Shown: positions 22,597 to 31,795, counted from the stretch's first letter. The stretch: 32,000 nt of DNA from an uncultured Erysipelotrichaceae bacterium (GCA_942493105.1 OW818668.1:840001-872000), one strand, 5' to 3'. Notes: generated by a model not told the origin, from the letters alone. Program-made: numbers and translations.

Positions 22597-23549
22597 AGTA
22601 TATACAAACTGTTTTAGGACAAATTAGACCTGAAGAATTAGGTGTTTCAAATTACCATGATCATTTGATTACCATTGGTGGTGGAGAAGAGAAAGCGGAT
22701 CGTGATTTAAGGCTTGATCGTGTTGATTATGCAATTGATGCGATGAAGAAATTTAAAGCGATTGGCGGCGATATGATGGTAGATATGAATCCAATCGATT
22801 GCGGCCGTCAAATTGAAATGCTTAAAGAAATATCTGAAAAATCCGGAATAAAGATTATTTCATGTACAGGTTTTCAAAGGTCTATTTATTACGATCCAGA
22901 GCATTGGGTCAATAAGTATTCAATAGAGGAAATTGCTAAGCTTATAGCTGAAGAAATAACGGTTGGTATTGAAATCAACAATTATGCTGGTCCAATCATT
23001 AGAAGAAGTACTGCAAAAGCTGGAGTAATAAAAATAGCGACTCATTACAACTGCATTCGTCCTATGGAATTACGCGTAATTGAAGCTGCTTGTTTGGCTT
23101 CGAAAATGACGGGAGCCCCTCTTTCATCACACACAGAAAGAGGAACAATGGGTCTTGAAGTGATAGAGCTAGTCAAGAAATTTGGAGTAGATCCTAGACG
23201 CTTGACTTTAGGCCATGTTGATCGAAACCCTGATCTTGAATATCACAAAAAAATGGCTGCCCAAGGTGTCACATTAGGTTATGATGGACCATCAAGAATC
23301 AAATATTGGCCCGACAGTGTATTAATCGAATTGATAAAAGGTATGTGTGATGCAGGATATTCAAAGAATATCATGTTAGGGGGAGATAACGGAAGAGCCT
23401 CAATGTGGCCTCAGTATGGTGGAGGTCATGGTCATAATTATATTTATGAGAAATTCATCCCAAGGTTGATAGAGGCGGGTGTTTCCCAAGATGATATAGA
23501 TAATATGTTGATTTATAATCCTAGAAGACAATTTTCTATTGAAAAGTAG
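22593..23549 (+). CDS. Phosphotriesterase-homology (COG1735, amidohydrolase-superfamily) protein, probable phospho-sugar lactonase
   Basis: Metal-ligand pattern is HDH (NYHDHL), KAGVIKIA, SSHT, LGHVD, GGD. It aligns by eye with E. coli Php along its whole length. ATGA start/stop overlap with the upstream BtpA gene. Confidence 0.85.
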   Translation: MKYIQTVLGQIRPEELGVSNYHDHLITIGGGEEKADRDLRLDRVDYAIDAMKKFKAIGGDMMVDMNPIDCGRQIEMLKEISEKSGIKIISCTGFQRSIYYDPEHWVNKYSIEEIAKLIAEEITVGIEINNYAGPIIRRSTAKAGVIKIATHYNCIRPMELRVIEAACLASKMTGAPLSSHTERGTMGLEVIELVKKFGVDPRRLTLGHVDRNPDLEYHKKMAAQGVTLGYDGPSRIKYWPDSVLIELIKGMCDAGYSKNIMLGGDNGRASMWPQYGGGHGHNYIYEKFIPRLIEAGVSQDDIDNMLIYNPRRQFSIEK

Positions 23550-23732
23550 CTGAGTACGCAAATCAATACTAACTCAGCAAACAAAGATATTATATATTTT
23601 CTTGAACTGAAAAGAGTTCAAAAAATCATAACGCATGACTATTCATCAATTCTACATAAGCTAACCGGCAAAATAGAAATTTGCTGATGTGGAAAACTTT
23701 TTATGCATCATTAATGAAGTGTTGATTTTAGT

Positions 23733-23769
23733 AAAAATAGACATTCAATATATTTGAATGTCTATTTTT
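23733..23769. terminator. Strong bidirectional rho-independent terminator
   Basis: AAAAATAGACATTCAA / TATAT / TTGAATGTCTATTTTT. A 16-bp perfect stem with A- and T-tracts, lying between the convergent PTE-like and mgtC-like genes. Confidence 0.85.
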
Positions 23770-23805
23770 AAATGATATATAAGTGCTATTAGAACAATTT
23801 CTATT

Positions 23806-24465
23806 CTAGTATTCAACCTGCTTAACAGTAGGTATTCTTGAAAGATCATTGATCAATTGAGGAACATGCTGAGCACGTATGATCACGATTTCGATTTCAG
23901 CGACATTGTCTTCAAACTTACTAACTTTAAATGAATTGATGTTGATTTTGTGGTTACGGAAGACTACTAAGACTTCTTCTATGGAATCAGCACTTGTTTC
24001 AACCAAAATAGTTTCTCCACTTCTTTCAATCCTTCGCATAAATTTTGAATGAAAGATGAGCTGGAAACACAAGAGCATGATTGTAGATGAGACCCCAATC
24101 AAGTATAAACCTGATCCAATGGTCATCCCAATTCCAGAGGTGGTCCAAATGATCGCCGCAGTGGTTAATCCACTGACGGTTTGCTTTTTAATCAAGATCA
24201 TTCCAGCACCTAAAAAGCCAATCCCAGTAACGATTTGAGCTGCTATTCTTCCTGGATCATTCAAGGTTCCCAAGGCATTATAGATGTCCATAAAACCATA
24301 CTTAGAGACAACCATGATCAAAGCCGATCCTAAGGCAACGACTGTATGCGTTTTGATCCCAGCTTCCTTAAGTCGGTTCATACGTTCAAAGCCAATTAAA
24401 GCGCCGCAAAAACCAGCTAAAGCTATCCTAAATACCAATTCGAATTCAAATGTAGGTGTCATCAT
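23806..24465 (-). CDS. MgtC/SapB-family membrane protein
   Basis: RIALAGFCGALIGFERMNRLKEAGIKTHTVVALGSAL family core, with a C-terminal soluble ACT-like domain. RBS is AGAGGA. Confidence 0.85.
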   Translation of the reverse strand: MMTPTFEFELVFRIALAGFCGALIGFERMNRLKEAGIKTHTVVALGSALIMVVSKYGFMDIYNALGTLNDPGRIAAQIVTGIGFLGAGMILIKKQTVSGLTTAAIIWTTSGIGMTIGSGLYLIGVSSTIMLLCFQLIFHSKFMRRIERSGETILVETSADSIEEVLVVFRNHKININSFKVSKFEDNVAEIEIVIIRAQHVPQLINDLSRIPTVKQVEY

Positions 24466-24686
24466 AAGTTATCCTCTATTTCATTGTTTATACATATCAA
24501 AAAGTGATCAAATCTCGTGAAAATCATGAACAATTCAACATCTTTAAATCCATTATACGAAATCTAATTGAACATTGTTGATTATTTATTGATTAATGCC
24601 ATTTTGTAAGCGTTTTCGATTGTAGGATAGGTCAAATAAGGTTAAAATTAAGTTAACTAATCGTTTATAGCGATTATAGGAGGAAC

Positions 24687-25712
24687 ATGAAGACATTTTT
24701 TAAATTGGCTTTAGTATCTATCGTATTTTTATCATTGTTGGTCGGTTGTGGATCAACAAAACAAGGCGGAGGCAAACTCGTTGTTTACTCACCTAACTCA
24801 GATGGAGAAATTGAAGGGATCTTGATGTTTTTTGGAGACAAATATGACATCGAAATCGAAATCCAATCCATGGGAACTGGTGAAGTATTATCCAAACTAA
24901 CAGCTGAGAAAGCAAATCCTCAAGCAGACGTTATGTTTGGTGGTATGAATTTAGGGGTTTATAACTCTAACAAAGATTTATTCCAAGAATATGTAGCTAA
25001 AGGTGATGATAAGTTGCCTGCTGGCTATCAAAACAAGACAAAATTCTTCACCAACTATTTATTGTCGGGAAGCAATCTCTTGGTCAACACGACTTTAGAA
25101 GCTGAATTGGGCATTACCATCAAAGGTTATGCTGACCTATTGAATCCAGTTCTAAAAGGCCGTATCGCTGCTGGCGATCCAACCAAATCATCCAGTGCTT
25201 GGGCACAATTGTCCAATATGCTCTTGGTTATGGGTGGATATGACAGTAAATTAGCTTGGGACTTCGTTGAAGATTTTGCCAGAAATCTCGATGGTAAAAT
25301 GTTAGGATCATCCTCTTCCGTATACAAAGGCGTTTCTGCCGGTGAATACGTTGTAGGGGTTACTTATGAAGATCCTTCCGTTTCCTTGATCGCTGCTGGT
25401 GCAAAGAACTTACGTGTAGTTTATCCTGAAGAAGGCGCTGTATGGTTGCCTGCTGCTTCCGCTATCGTTGCTGGAGCTAAAAATTTGAAAAATGCTAAAT
25501 TGTTTATGGACTTCTTGATTTCTGATGAATGTCAGACCATCATTGCTGGCTTGACCAATCGTCCAGTCAACACCAAGATCGTTCAAACCAATCAGTACAT
25601 GAAGCCGTTCTCAGAAATCAAATTGGTTTTTGAAGACATCGAATATGTCGCTTCCAAGAAATCGACTTATCAAGGTTATTGGACCGAAATTTGGGCAGAC
25701 GTTAATCAATAA
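24687..25712 (+). CDS. ABC transporter substrate-binding lipoprotein, Fe3+/thiamine-type (AfuA/FbpA-like); substrate unverified
   Basis: Lipobox LLVGCGS. KLVVYSPNSD...ADVMFGG pattern of the COG1840-type binding proteins. RBS is AGGAGG. Confidence 0.75.
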   Translation: MKTFFKLALVSIVFLSLLVGCGSTKQGGGKLVVYSPNSDGEIEGILMFFGDKYDIEIEIQSMGTGEVLSKLTAEKANPQADVMFGGMNLGVYNSNKDLFQEYVAKGDDKLPAGYQNKTKFFTNYLLSGSNLLVNTTLEAELGITIKGYADLLNPVLKGRIAAGDPTKSSSAWAQLSNMLLVMGGYDSKLAWDFVEDFARNLDGKMLGSSSSVYKGVSAGEYVVGVTYEDPSVSLIAAGAKNLRVVYPEEGAVWLPAASAIVAGAKNLKNAKLFMDFLISDECQTIIAGLTNRPVNTKIVQTNQYMKPFSEIKLVFEDIEYVASKKSTYQGYWTEIWADVNQ

Positions 25713-25748
25713 TCATCAATTGAATTAAAACGTTGGGAGACAAGAGAC

Positions 25749-26873
25749 ATGAGTGTGAACATCAAAATTCGTAATGCTGTCAAGCGCTATGGAAACAACA
25801 CCATCATCTCGGATCTATCATTGGACATCAAGGAGGGTGAATTTTTTACCCTCCTTGGTCCATCTGGATGCGGGAAGACCACTTTATTAAGAATGATAGC
25901 CGGCTTTAACTCGATTGAAGGCGGTGATTTCTATTTTAGTGATACAAGGATCAATGATTTAGATCCTGCTAAACGTAACATTGGGATGGTTTTCCAAAAC
26001 TATGCCATATTCCCGCACCTAACGGTTAAGAAGAATGTTGCCTTTGGTTTACAGAATCGCAAACATACAAAAGAACATATCGAAATCGAAACTGAAAAGT
26101 TTTTACAGTTGATGCAGATTGCCCAATATAAAGATCGTATGCCAGAAAAACTTTCAGGTGGTCAGCAACAACGTGTGGCTTTAGCCCGTGCCTTGGTCAT
26201 TCAACCTGATGTGCTTTTAATGGATGAACCATTAAGTAATCTGGATGCTAAATTAAGAGTTGATATGCGAACTGTTATCAAGAGCATTCAACATAACGTT
26301 GGCATCACAACGGTCTATGTTACCCATGACCAAGAAGAAGCCATGGCCATCAGTGATCGTATTGCCATCATGAAAGATGGATTTATTCAGCATGTCGGTA
26401 CTCCAAAAGATATCTATCAGCGCCCAGCAAATCTCTTTGTTGCATCATTTATCGGACGTACCAATATGTTTGATGCAGATTTGAAAATCAAGAACAATGA
26501 GACCTGGTTGGTCTTTGAGAATGGTTTTGAACTTAAGATCAATAATGTTAAAGACGAATATAGAGTAGACCAAAAAGTTATGGTTTCCATTCGTCCAGAA
26601 GAATTTGAAATTGCAGATGATCAAACGAAAGGTTTCATCGCTGTCGTAGAAGACAGTATGTTCCTAGGACTCAATACGCATTATCAAGTTAAATTCTCAT
26701 CCAGTAAAACAGCTGAGATCGTCCAAGAATCTCGTATAGACAGTATCATTGCTCCAAAGACTGAAGTACATCTGTCAGTAAAAACAGAAAAAATCAATGT
26801 ATTCAATGAGGATGGTTCCAAAAACATCTTAAAAGGTGTTAATAACGACTATGGCCAATTTGTCGGTGACTAA
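25749..26873 (+). CDS. ABC transporter ATP-binding protein (PotA/FbpC-like, with a C-terminal TOBE-type domain)
   Basis: Walker A GPSGCGKTT, signature LSGGQQQRVALARAL, Walker B LLMDEPLSNLD and H-loop YVTHDQ. Confidence 0.9.
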   Translation: MSVNIKIRNAVKRYGNNTIISDLSLDIKEGEFFTLLGPSGCGKTTLLRMIAGFNSIEGGDFYFSDTRINDLDPAKRNIGMVFQNYAIFPHLTVKKNVAFGLQNRKHTKEHIEIETEKFLQLMQIAQYKDRMPEKLSGGQQQRVALARALVIQPDVLLMDEPLSNLDAKLRVDMRTVIKSIQHNVGITTVYVTHDQEEAMAISDRIAIMKDGFIQHVGTPKDIYQRPANLFVASFIGRTNMFDADLKIKNNETWLVFENGFELKINNVKDEYRVDQKVMVSIRPEEFEIADDQTKGFIAVVEDSMFLGLNTHYQVKFSSSKTAEIVQESRIDSIIAPKTEVHLSVKTEKINVFNEDGSKNILKGVNNDYGQFVGD

Positions 26874-26874
26874 A

Positions 26875-28524
26875 ATGAAAAAGAAAAAGGTATTGGATAT
26901 TTGGAAAGTATTATCCATATCCATCTTGCTTTCTTATTTCTTATTCTTGATTTATCCGCTTTATATGATCCTCAACAGTTCTTTTACTGGAGCTGACGGT
27001 GGATTCTCTTTAGAGTGGTTTCAACAGTTCTTTGCGCAAAAATACTACTTCTCCACATTGACCAATAGTTTTAGTGTTACCATTTGGACAACGATCTTAT
27101 CTTTGATCATTGGATACATTTTAGCTTATTTCTACAATATGTTTGAAATCAAAGGCAAAGGATTCTTACAAGTCCTTATCATATTGAGTTCAATGTCGGC
27201 TCCTTTTATTGGTGCTTATGCTTGGATCCAATTGCTTGGACGAGCAGGTATCATAACGGTCTTCATCAAGAATCTTACGGGATATACCATGCCTAATATT
27301 TATGGATTCAATGGGATCCTGCTGGTTTTAACACTTCAGTTATTTCCTTTGGTTTTCCTTTACATATCGGGAGCTTTAAAGAAGATCGACAATTCTTTAT
27401 TAGAAGCATCTGCGAATATGGGAGTCAGTGGTATCAAACGCTTTTTTAAGATCATCGTTCCTTTAACAATGCCTACGATATTTGCGGCAGGATTGTTGGT
27501 CTTCATGCGTGCGTTTGCTGATTTTGGAACCCCCTTATTGATTGGGGAAGGATATCGTGTTTTCCCAGTAGAAATCTACAACCAGTTCATGGGTGAAGTT
27601 GGCCGTAACTATAACTTTGCAGCCACAATTAGTGTCATCGCGATCTTGATTACGACCTTCATCTTCTTAGGACAGAAGCTCGTTGCGGATCGTTTCCAAT
27701 TCACGATGAATTCATTGAATACGATTGAACGAAAAAAAGCCAAGGGTGTATTCAATGTGTTTATTCATTTCTTCTCATATTTCGTTGTTATATTGTCGTT
27801 CTTACCGCAGATTTTGATTGTGTATCAGTCATTTCAAAATACTTCAGGCAAACTCTTCACAACTGGATTTTCGCTCAGCAGTTACATTTTTGCGCTGGAT
27901 CGCATGAAAAGAGCTATTCCAAATACATTCTATATTGGTGGTATCGCATTGATGATTACCATTATCCTTGCGATCTTTATAGCGTATCTGGTTGTTAGAC
28001 GTAAGAATGCAATGAATAATGTCATTGATACCATGTCGATGATTCCTTATATCATCCCAGGTTCTGTCGTTGGGATCGGATTGGTTATGGCATTTAACAG
28101 ACAGCCTTTGGTATTGACCGGAACTGTATTCATCATGGTCGTTGCCTTGGTTATCCGAAGAATTCCGTATACCATTCGCTCCTCTGTTGCGATATTACAA
28201 CAGATCCCAATCACCATTGAAGAAGCCTCCATTAGTTTAGGTGCTTCAAAGATGAAAACTTTCTTTAGGATCACAGTACCTATGATGGCCAGTGGTGTCA
28301 TCGCAGGGGCGATTCTTAGTTGGGTCACCATCATTACTGAATTGGCCACAGCCATAATCTTATATAATGCCAAGACGATTACATTGACCTTATCGATCTA
28401 CTCCTTTGTATCCAGAGGTAATTATGGATATGCTGCTGCTTTAGCGACTGTCTTGACCGCATTGACGACAGTATCATTATTACTCTATATGAAATTGACT
28501 AAGTCTAACGAAATCACACTCTAG
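26875..28524 (+). CDS. Fused double-domain ABC permease (FbpB/ThiP-like)
   Basis: ATG at 26875 lies one nt after the ATPase stop. About 12 TM segments with two EAA-type loops (LEASANMGVSGIKRFFKIIVPL and EEASISLGASKMKTFFRITVPM). Confidence 0.85.
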   Translation: MKKKKVLDIWKVLSISILLSYFLFLIYPLYMILNSSFTGADGGFSLEWFQQFFAQKYYFSTLTNSFSVTIWTTILSLIIGYILAYFYNMFEIKGKGFLQVLIILSSMSAPFIGAYAWIQLLGRAGIITVFIKNLTGYTMPNIYGFNGILLVLTLQLFPLVFLYISGALKKIDNSLLEASANMGVSGIKRFFKIIVPLTMPTIFAAGLLVFMRAFADFGTPLLIGEGYRVFPVEIYNQFMGEVGRNYNFAATISVIAILITTFIFLGQKLVADRFQFTMNSLNTIERKKAKGVFNVFIHFFSYFVVILSFLPQILIVYQSFQNTSGKLFTTGFSLSSYIFALDRMKRAIPNTFYIGGIALMITIILAIFIAYLVVRRKNAMNNVIDTMSMIPYIIPGSVVGIGLVMAFNRQPLVLTGTVFIMVVALVIRRIPYTIRSSVAILQQIPITIEEASISLGASKMKTFFRITVPMMASGVIAGAILSWVTIITELATAIILYNAKTITLTLSIYSFVSRGNYGYAAALATVLTALTTVSLLLYMKLTKSNEITL

Positions 28525-28545
28525 ATCTACTATATAAACCTTGAG

Positions 28546-28576
28546 AGCACTTTGTTGAATAAACAAAGTGCTTTTT
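28546..28576 (+). terminator. Rho-independent terminator after the ABC operon
   Basis: AGCACTTTGTT / GAATA / AACAAAGTGCT, an 11-bp stem followed by TTTTT. Confidence 0.85.
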
Positions 28577-28674
28577 ATGACTGTTGATGAATATTTTTAT
28601 GCCTTGGTTTTATTAATAATGTTCATGGTTTATAATACACTTAAGGTTATAAATAAACATCAAGAGGAAAGATC

Positions 28675-29448
28675 ATGTGGAACAAATTTCAAACAGATGA
28701 GTATGAAGGGATGTTGGCAGAAACCATAACGATTCCTGGGTATGAAGGCGATCTTATTCACGCTTATTTCTCAAGACCTTTAGGGGCTGGACCATTCCCG
28801 GGAATCGTATTGATCCCGCATATCCCGGGTTGGGATGAATATTGTCGTGAAACAGCACGTCGCTTTTCCCAACATGGATATCTTGTGGTATGCCCTGATA
28901 TTTATTGTCGAGTGGGGCATGGAACCCCTGATGAGATTGCTAAGAAATCTAGAGATTTGGGTGGATTATCTGATGACAGTGTCATGGGTGACAGTGCCGG
29001 TTCTCTTGAACATATACACTCATTACCTTACTCTAATGGTAAAGTTGGAGTCATAGGAATGTGTTCTGGTGGCCGTCATGCGTTTATGGCAGCCTGTCGT
29101 GTTGATGGATTTGATGCGGTGGTGGATTGTTGGGGAGGTAGAGTTGTAGCGGCTCCAGAAGACTTAAAGCCTTTACAGCCTGTTCAAGCTTTAGATTATA
29201 CGCCTCAATTAAGTTGCCCAATCCTTGGAATCTTTGGGAACGATGATACCAATCCTACGCCTGAACATGTCAATATCCTTGAAGAAGAACTTAAGAAATA
29301 TAAGAAAGATTATCAGTTCTATCGTTATGATGGGGCACCTCATGGATTCTGGTATTATCATACTGATCGTTATCGTCCAAAGGCGGCTATGGATTCATGG
29401 GATAAAGTATTTGAATTCTTTGACTTGCATTTGAAAGAAAAAATATAG
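28675..29448 (+). CDS. Dienelactone hydrolase-family protein (Cys nucleophile)
   Basis: DLH layout with nucleophile elbow GMCSGG, a later D (GNDD) and H (APHGF). RBS is AAGAGGAAAG. Confidence 0.8.
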   Translation: MWNKFQTDEYEGMLAETITIPGYEGDLIHAYFSRPLGAGPFPGIVLIPHIPGWDEYCRETARRFSQHGYLVVCPDIYCRVGHGTPDEIAKKSRDLGGLSDDSVMGDSAGSLEHIHSLPYSNGKVGVIGMCSGGRHAFMAACRVDGFDAVVDCWGGRVVAAPEDLKPLQPVQALDYTPQLSCPILGIFGNDDTNPTPEHVNILEEELKKYKKDYQFYRYDGAPHGFWYYHTDRYRPKAAMDSWDKVFEFFDLHLKEKI

Positions 29449-29449
29449 T

Positions 29450-30631
29450 GTGACGAAGCTTATAACTCAACCTTATGTGGTCATGGCCAAACCGGTTGGA
29501 CCACTATGTAATTTAGAGTGCAGTTATTGTTACTACTTAAATACTGAAGGCTCAAAATCAAAACATCCTCAGTTACAGATGTCAGATGATGTGCTAGAAG
29601 AATTCATTAAACAAATGATACAAACCAACCCAGGACCTGTTGTTTCTTTTACTTGGCATGGAGGAGAACCAACTCTTGCTGGATTGGACTTTTATCGTAA
29701 AGCAGTAGCACTTCAAAAAGAATACTTACCTAAGAACTGGACCTGTTGGAACAACCTTCAAACCAATGGAATCAATCTTGATGATGAGTGGTGTTCCTTT
29801 CTAGCTAAAGAACATTTCGATGTTGGGATCAGTATTGATGGAACCCAAACACTTCATGATCATTTTAGAAAAGATAAAAAAGGTCAAGGATCTTATCATC
29901 GTGTCGTTGAGTCAATTCATCGATTAAAAAAGGCGGGTATATTACCTGACCTTTTGTGCACAGTTAACTCGCTAACCACGAAAGATCCTTTGGGGGTCTA
30001 TCGAACCTTAAGAGAACTAAATACAGGATGGATCCAATTTATCCCTATTCTTATTAAAAATAGCGATGGAACTCTGGCTAGCGATTCGGTAGATGCCAAA
30101 GCTTATGGAGAATTTCTTAAAGTGATTTTCGAAGAATGGATCCATCATGATTTAGGTGTGGTAGATGTTCAGATCTTTGCGGAAACAGCCATAATGTGGG
30201 CTGGTGGATCTGCCAGTGTATGTTGGCTCGCACCGACTTGTGGCCGTGTTATGGTAGTTGAACGTAATGGGAACGTCTATTCTTGCGATCATTATGTATC
30301 ATCACAATATTACCTTGGAAATATTGAAAATTCATCTTTAGCTGACTTGGTTGATTCTCCATTTCAGAAACAATTCGGTCAAAATAAACGAGAACACATT
30401 GCACAAAAATGTTTATCATGTCCATATCTTAAAGTCTGTAATGGAGGATGTCCTAAAGATAGGATCGATCACGGAGATCTAAAAGGTTTAAATATTTTAT
30501 GTGAAGGACTATATGCCTTTCATGAGCATGCTGAAAAACCTTTGAAAGAACTGATGAGACTTAGAATGCAAGGTTTATCCCCGCAAGAAATTATGAAACA
30601 ACTAAGACTCAAGTTTCCTAAAAGCACTTAA
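29450..30631 (+). CDS. Radical SAM/SPASM maturase, anaerobic sulfatase-maturating-enzyme-like (AtsB/ChuR/YdeM type)
   Basis: CNLECSYCYY (CX3CX2C), GGEPTLAG, and the C-terminal SPASM motif CLSCPYLKVCNGGC (CX2CX5CX3C). The GTG start lies 1 nt after the DLH stop (ATG at 29483 is an alternative), so it is co-transcribed with DLH. Confidence 0.8.
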   Translation: MTKLITQPYVVMAKPVGPLCNLECSYCYYLNTEGSKSKHPQLQMSDDVLEEFIKQMIQTNPGPVVSFTWHGGEPTLAGLDFYRKAVALQKEYLPKNWTCWNNLQTNGINLDDEWCSFLAKEHFDVGISIDGTQTLHDHFRKDKKGQGSYHRVVESIHRLKKAGILPDLLCTVNSLTTKDPLGVYRTLRELNTGWIQFIPILIKNSDGTLASDSVDAKAYGEFLKVIFEEWIHHDLGVVDVQIFAETAIMWAGGSASVCWLAPTCGRVMVVERNGNVYSCDHYVSSQYYLGNIENSSLADLVDSPFQKQFGQNKREHIAQKCLSCPYLKVCNGGCPKDRIDHGDLKGLNILCEGLYAFHEHAEKPLKELMRLRMQGLSPQEIMKQLRLKFPKST

Positions 30632-30653
30632 AAAGTCATCCTAGATGACTTTT
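30631..30653. terminator. Bidirectional terminator between the convergent maturase genes
   Basis: AAAAGTCATC / CTA / GATGACTTTT, a 10-bp stem with A/T tracts. It overlaps both stop codons. Confidence 0.7.
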
Positions 30654-31737
30654 ATTTTCTGTATAGTGTCTTTATTTTGGGCAATGCATAATTCAAGAAA
30701 TCTTGATAGCCACACATCTTCTCATCAAAATAGGTCACATTGAGTCTTTTACAATTCCCATTACAGATCGATTTAAATTGACATGAGTTACACAAAGGAC
30801 TCATTCTTTTGGGTTCATTTATAAATTTTACAGATATTTCTCGATGTCGTAATTCCATAATAGAATCTGTATTGATGTTGCCAACTTTATATTGATCTAG
30901 TACAAAGAAATCGCATGGATAAACAGAACCATCAGCTTCAATGACAAACTGTGGTGTACAAAAACCCAGCATTCCACATTGTTGGGGATATTCCCCAACA
31001 AACATAGGGATCACATTATCAAACAAGGTAACACTAAGATAATCCCCTTTTATATAATCTGTATACCATAAGTCAAAGAATGACTTATAGAATGAAGCAA
31101 AAAGCTCTGGAGTTAGGGCATATTTACTGTCTTTTTGATCCAAGTCCGGTAGACAAGGTATCAACTGCACATAGTCAAATTTTTGCTTCTTATAGAAAGC
31201 ATAGAGTTCTTTAGGATGCTTGGCTAGGATGCTGGTCAATACAGTTAAGATATTAAAATCAACTTTATGGCTTCTTAACAAATCGACAGTCTTCATGACG
31301 GAATCATAGGTTCCCAATTGATTCGCATTCTTTCTAAGAAAATCATGATTGGCTTGATAACCATCTAGGGATAACCCAACTAAAAATTGGTGTTGGGATA
31401 AAAATTGAGCCCATGTTTCATCAAGTTGTGAGCCGTTGGTTTGAAGGGCATAATGTATCACTTGGGTTGGTTGTTTAAACTGATCGACAGATTCAACAAA
31501 TGCTTTGAAATAATCCAAACCAGCTAAAGTAGGTTCTCCACCTTGAAAGGCAAAAGTAACATCTTCAACTTGTGGATTTTCTGTTGCCTTTTTGATTAGA
31601 TTTCGCATCGTATCAAAAGTCATAATGCCTGTTGATTTAACTTCTCTATGGTTGCTGACATCTGCATAAAAACAATACACGCAGCGGTAGTTACATAAAG
31701 ATGAAGCTGGTTTGATCAACATACTAAGACTGGCCAT
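30652..31737 (-). CDS. Anaerobic sulfatase-maturating enzyme (anSME, close to the Clostridium perfringens anSMEcpe type)
   Basis: LSMLIKPASSLCNYRCVYCFY, FAFQGGEPTLAGLDYF, LQTNG, FLVGLSLDG, DGSVYPCDFFVLD, and SPASM CNSCQFKSICNGNC. RBS is GGAGGT. Confidence 0.85.
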   Translation of the reverse strand: MASLSMLIKPASSLCNYRCVYCFYADVSNHREVKSTGIMTFDTMRNLIKKATENPQVEDVTFAFQGGEPTLAGLDYFKAFVESVDQFKQPTQVIHYALQTNGSQLDETWAQFLSQHQFLVGLSLDGYQANHDFLRKNANQLGTYDSVMKTVDLLRSHKVDFNILTVLTSILAKHPKELYAFYKKQKFDYVQLIPCLPDLDQKDSKYALTPELFASFYKSFFDLWYTDYIKGDYLSVTLFDNVIPMFVGEYPQQCGMLGFCTPQFVIEADGSVYPCDFFVLDQYKVGNINTDSIMELRHREISVKFINEPKRMSPLCNSCQFKSICNGNCKRLNVTYFDEKMCGYQDFLNYALPKIKTLYRK

Positions 31738-31795
31738 TTGACCTCCGTCACATTGTGATGATGAAGTTATTATATTCTATTTGAATGGTTATGAA

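Noticed and set aside
16750-23805. The PTS island as a mobile or genomic island
   Set aside because: I saw no integrase, transposase, tRNA target or flanking direct repeats. The only hints are the long AT-rich left boundary and the strong right terminator, which are normal operon features.
24466-24686. A Mg2+ (M-box) riboswitch or proline-rich leader peptide upstream of the MgtC-family gene
   Set aside because: The 221-nt divergent intergenic region is AT-rich, and I could not see the G/C-rich M-box helices or a leader ORF. It is also short once the divergent ABC promoter is accounted for.
28577-28729. A 50-codon ORF (MTVDEYFYALVLLIMFMVYNTLKV...) just upstream of, and overlapping, the DLH gene, considered as a precursor peptide for the SPASM enzymes
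   Set aside because: It starts directly in the terminator T-run and has no RBS. It overlaps the DLH start out of frame and has no leader/core features such as Cys or Gly-rich repeats. It is probably a chance ORF in AT-rich DNA.
29062-29076. The DLH catalytic-Cys segment C-S-G-G-R, which resembles the (C/S)-x-(P/A)-x-R formylglycine motif and might make DLH the client of the adjacent anSME-like enzyme
   Set aside because: Position 3 is Gly rather than Pro or Ala. G-x-C-x-G is simply the nucleophile elbow of Cys-type dienelactone hydrolases. The resemblance is most likely coincidental, and it would only merit a test if the DLH-anSME adjacency proves conserved.
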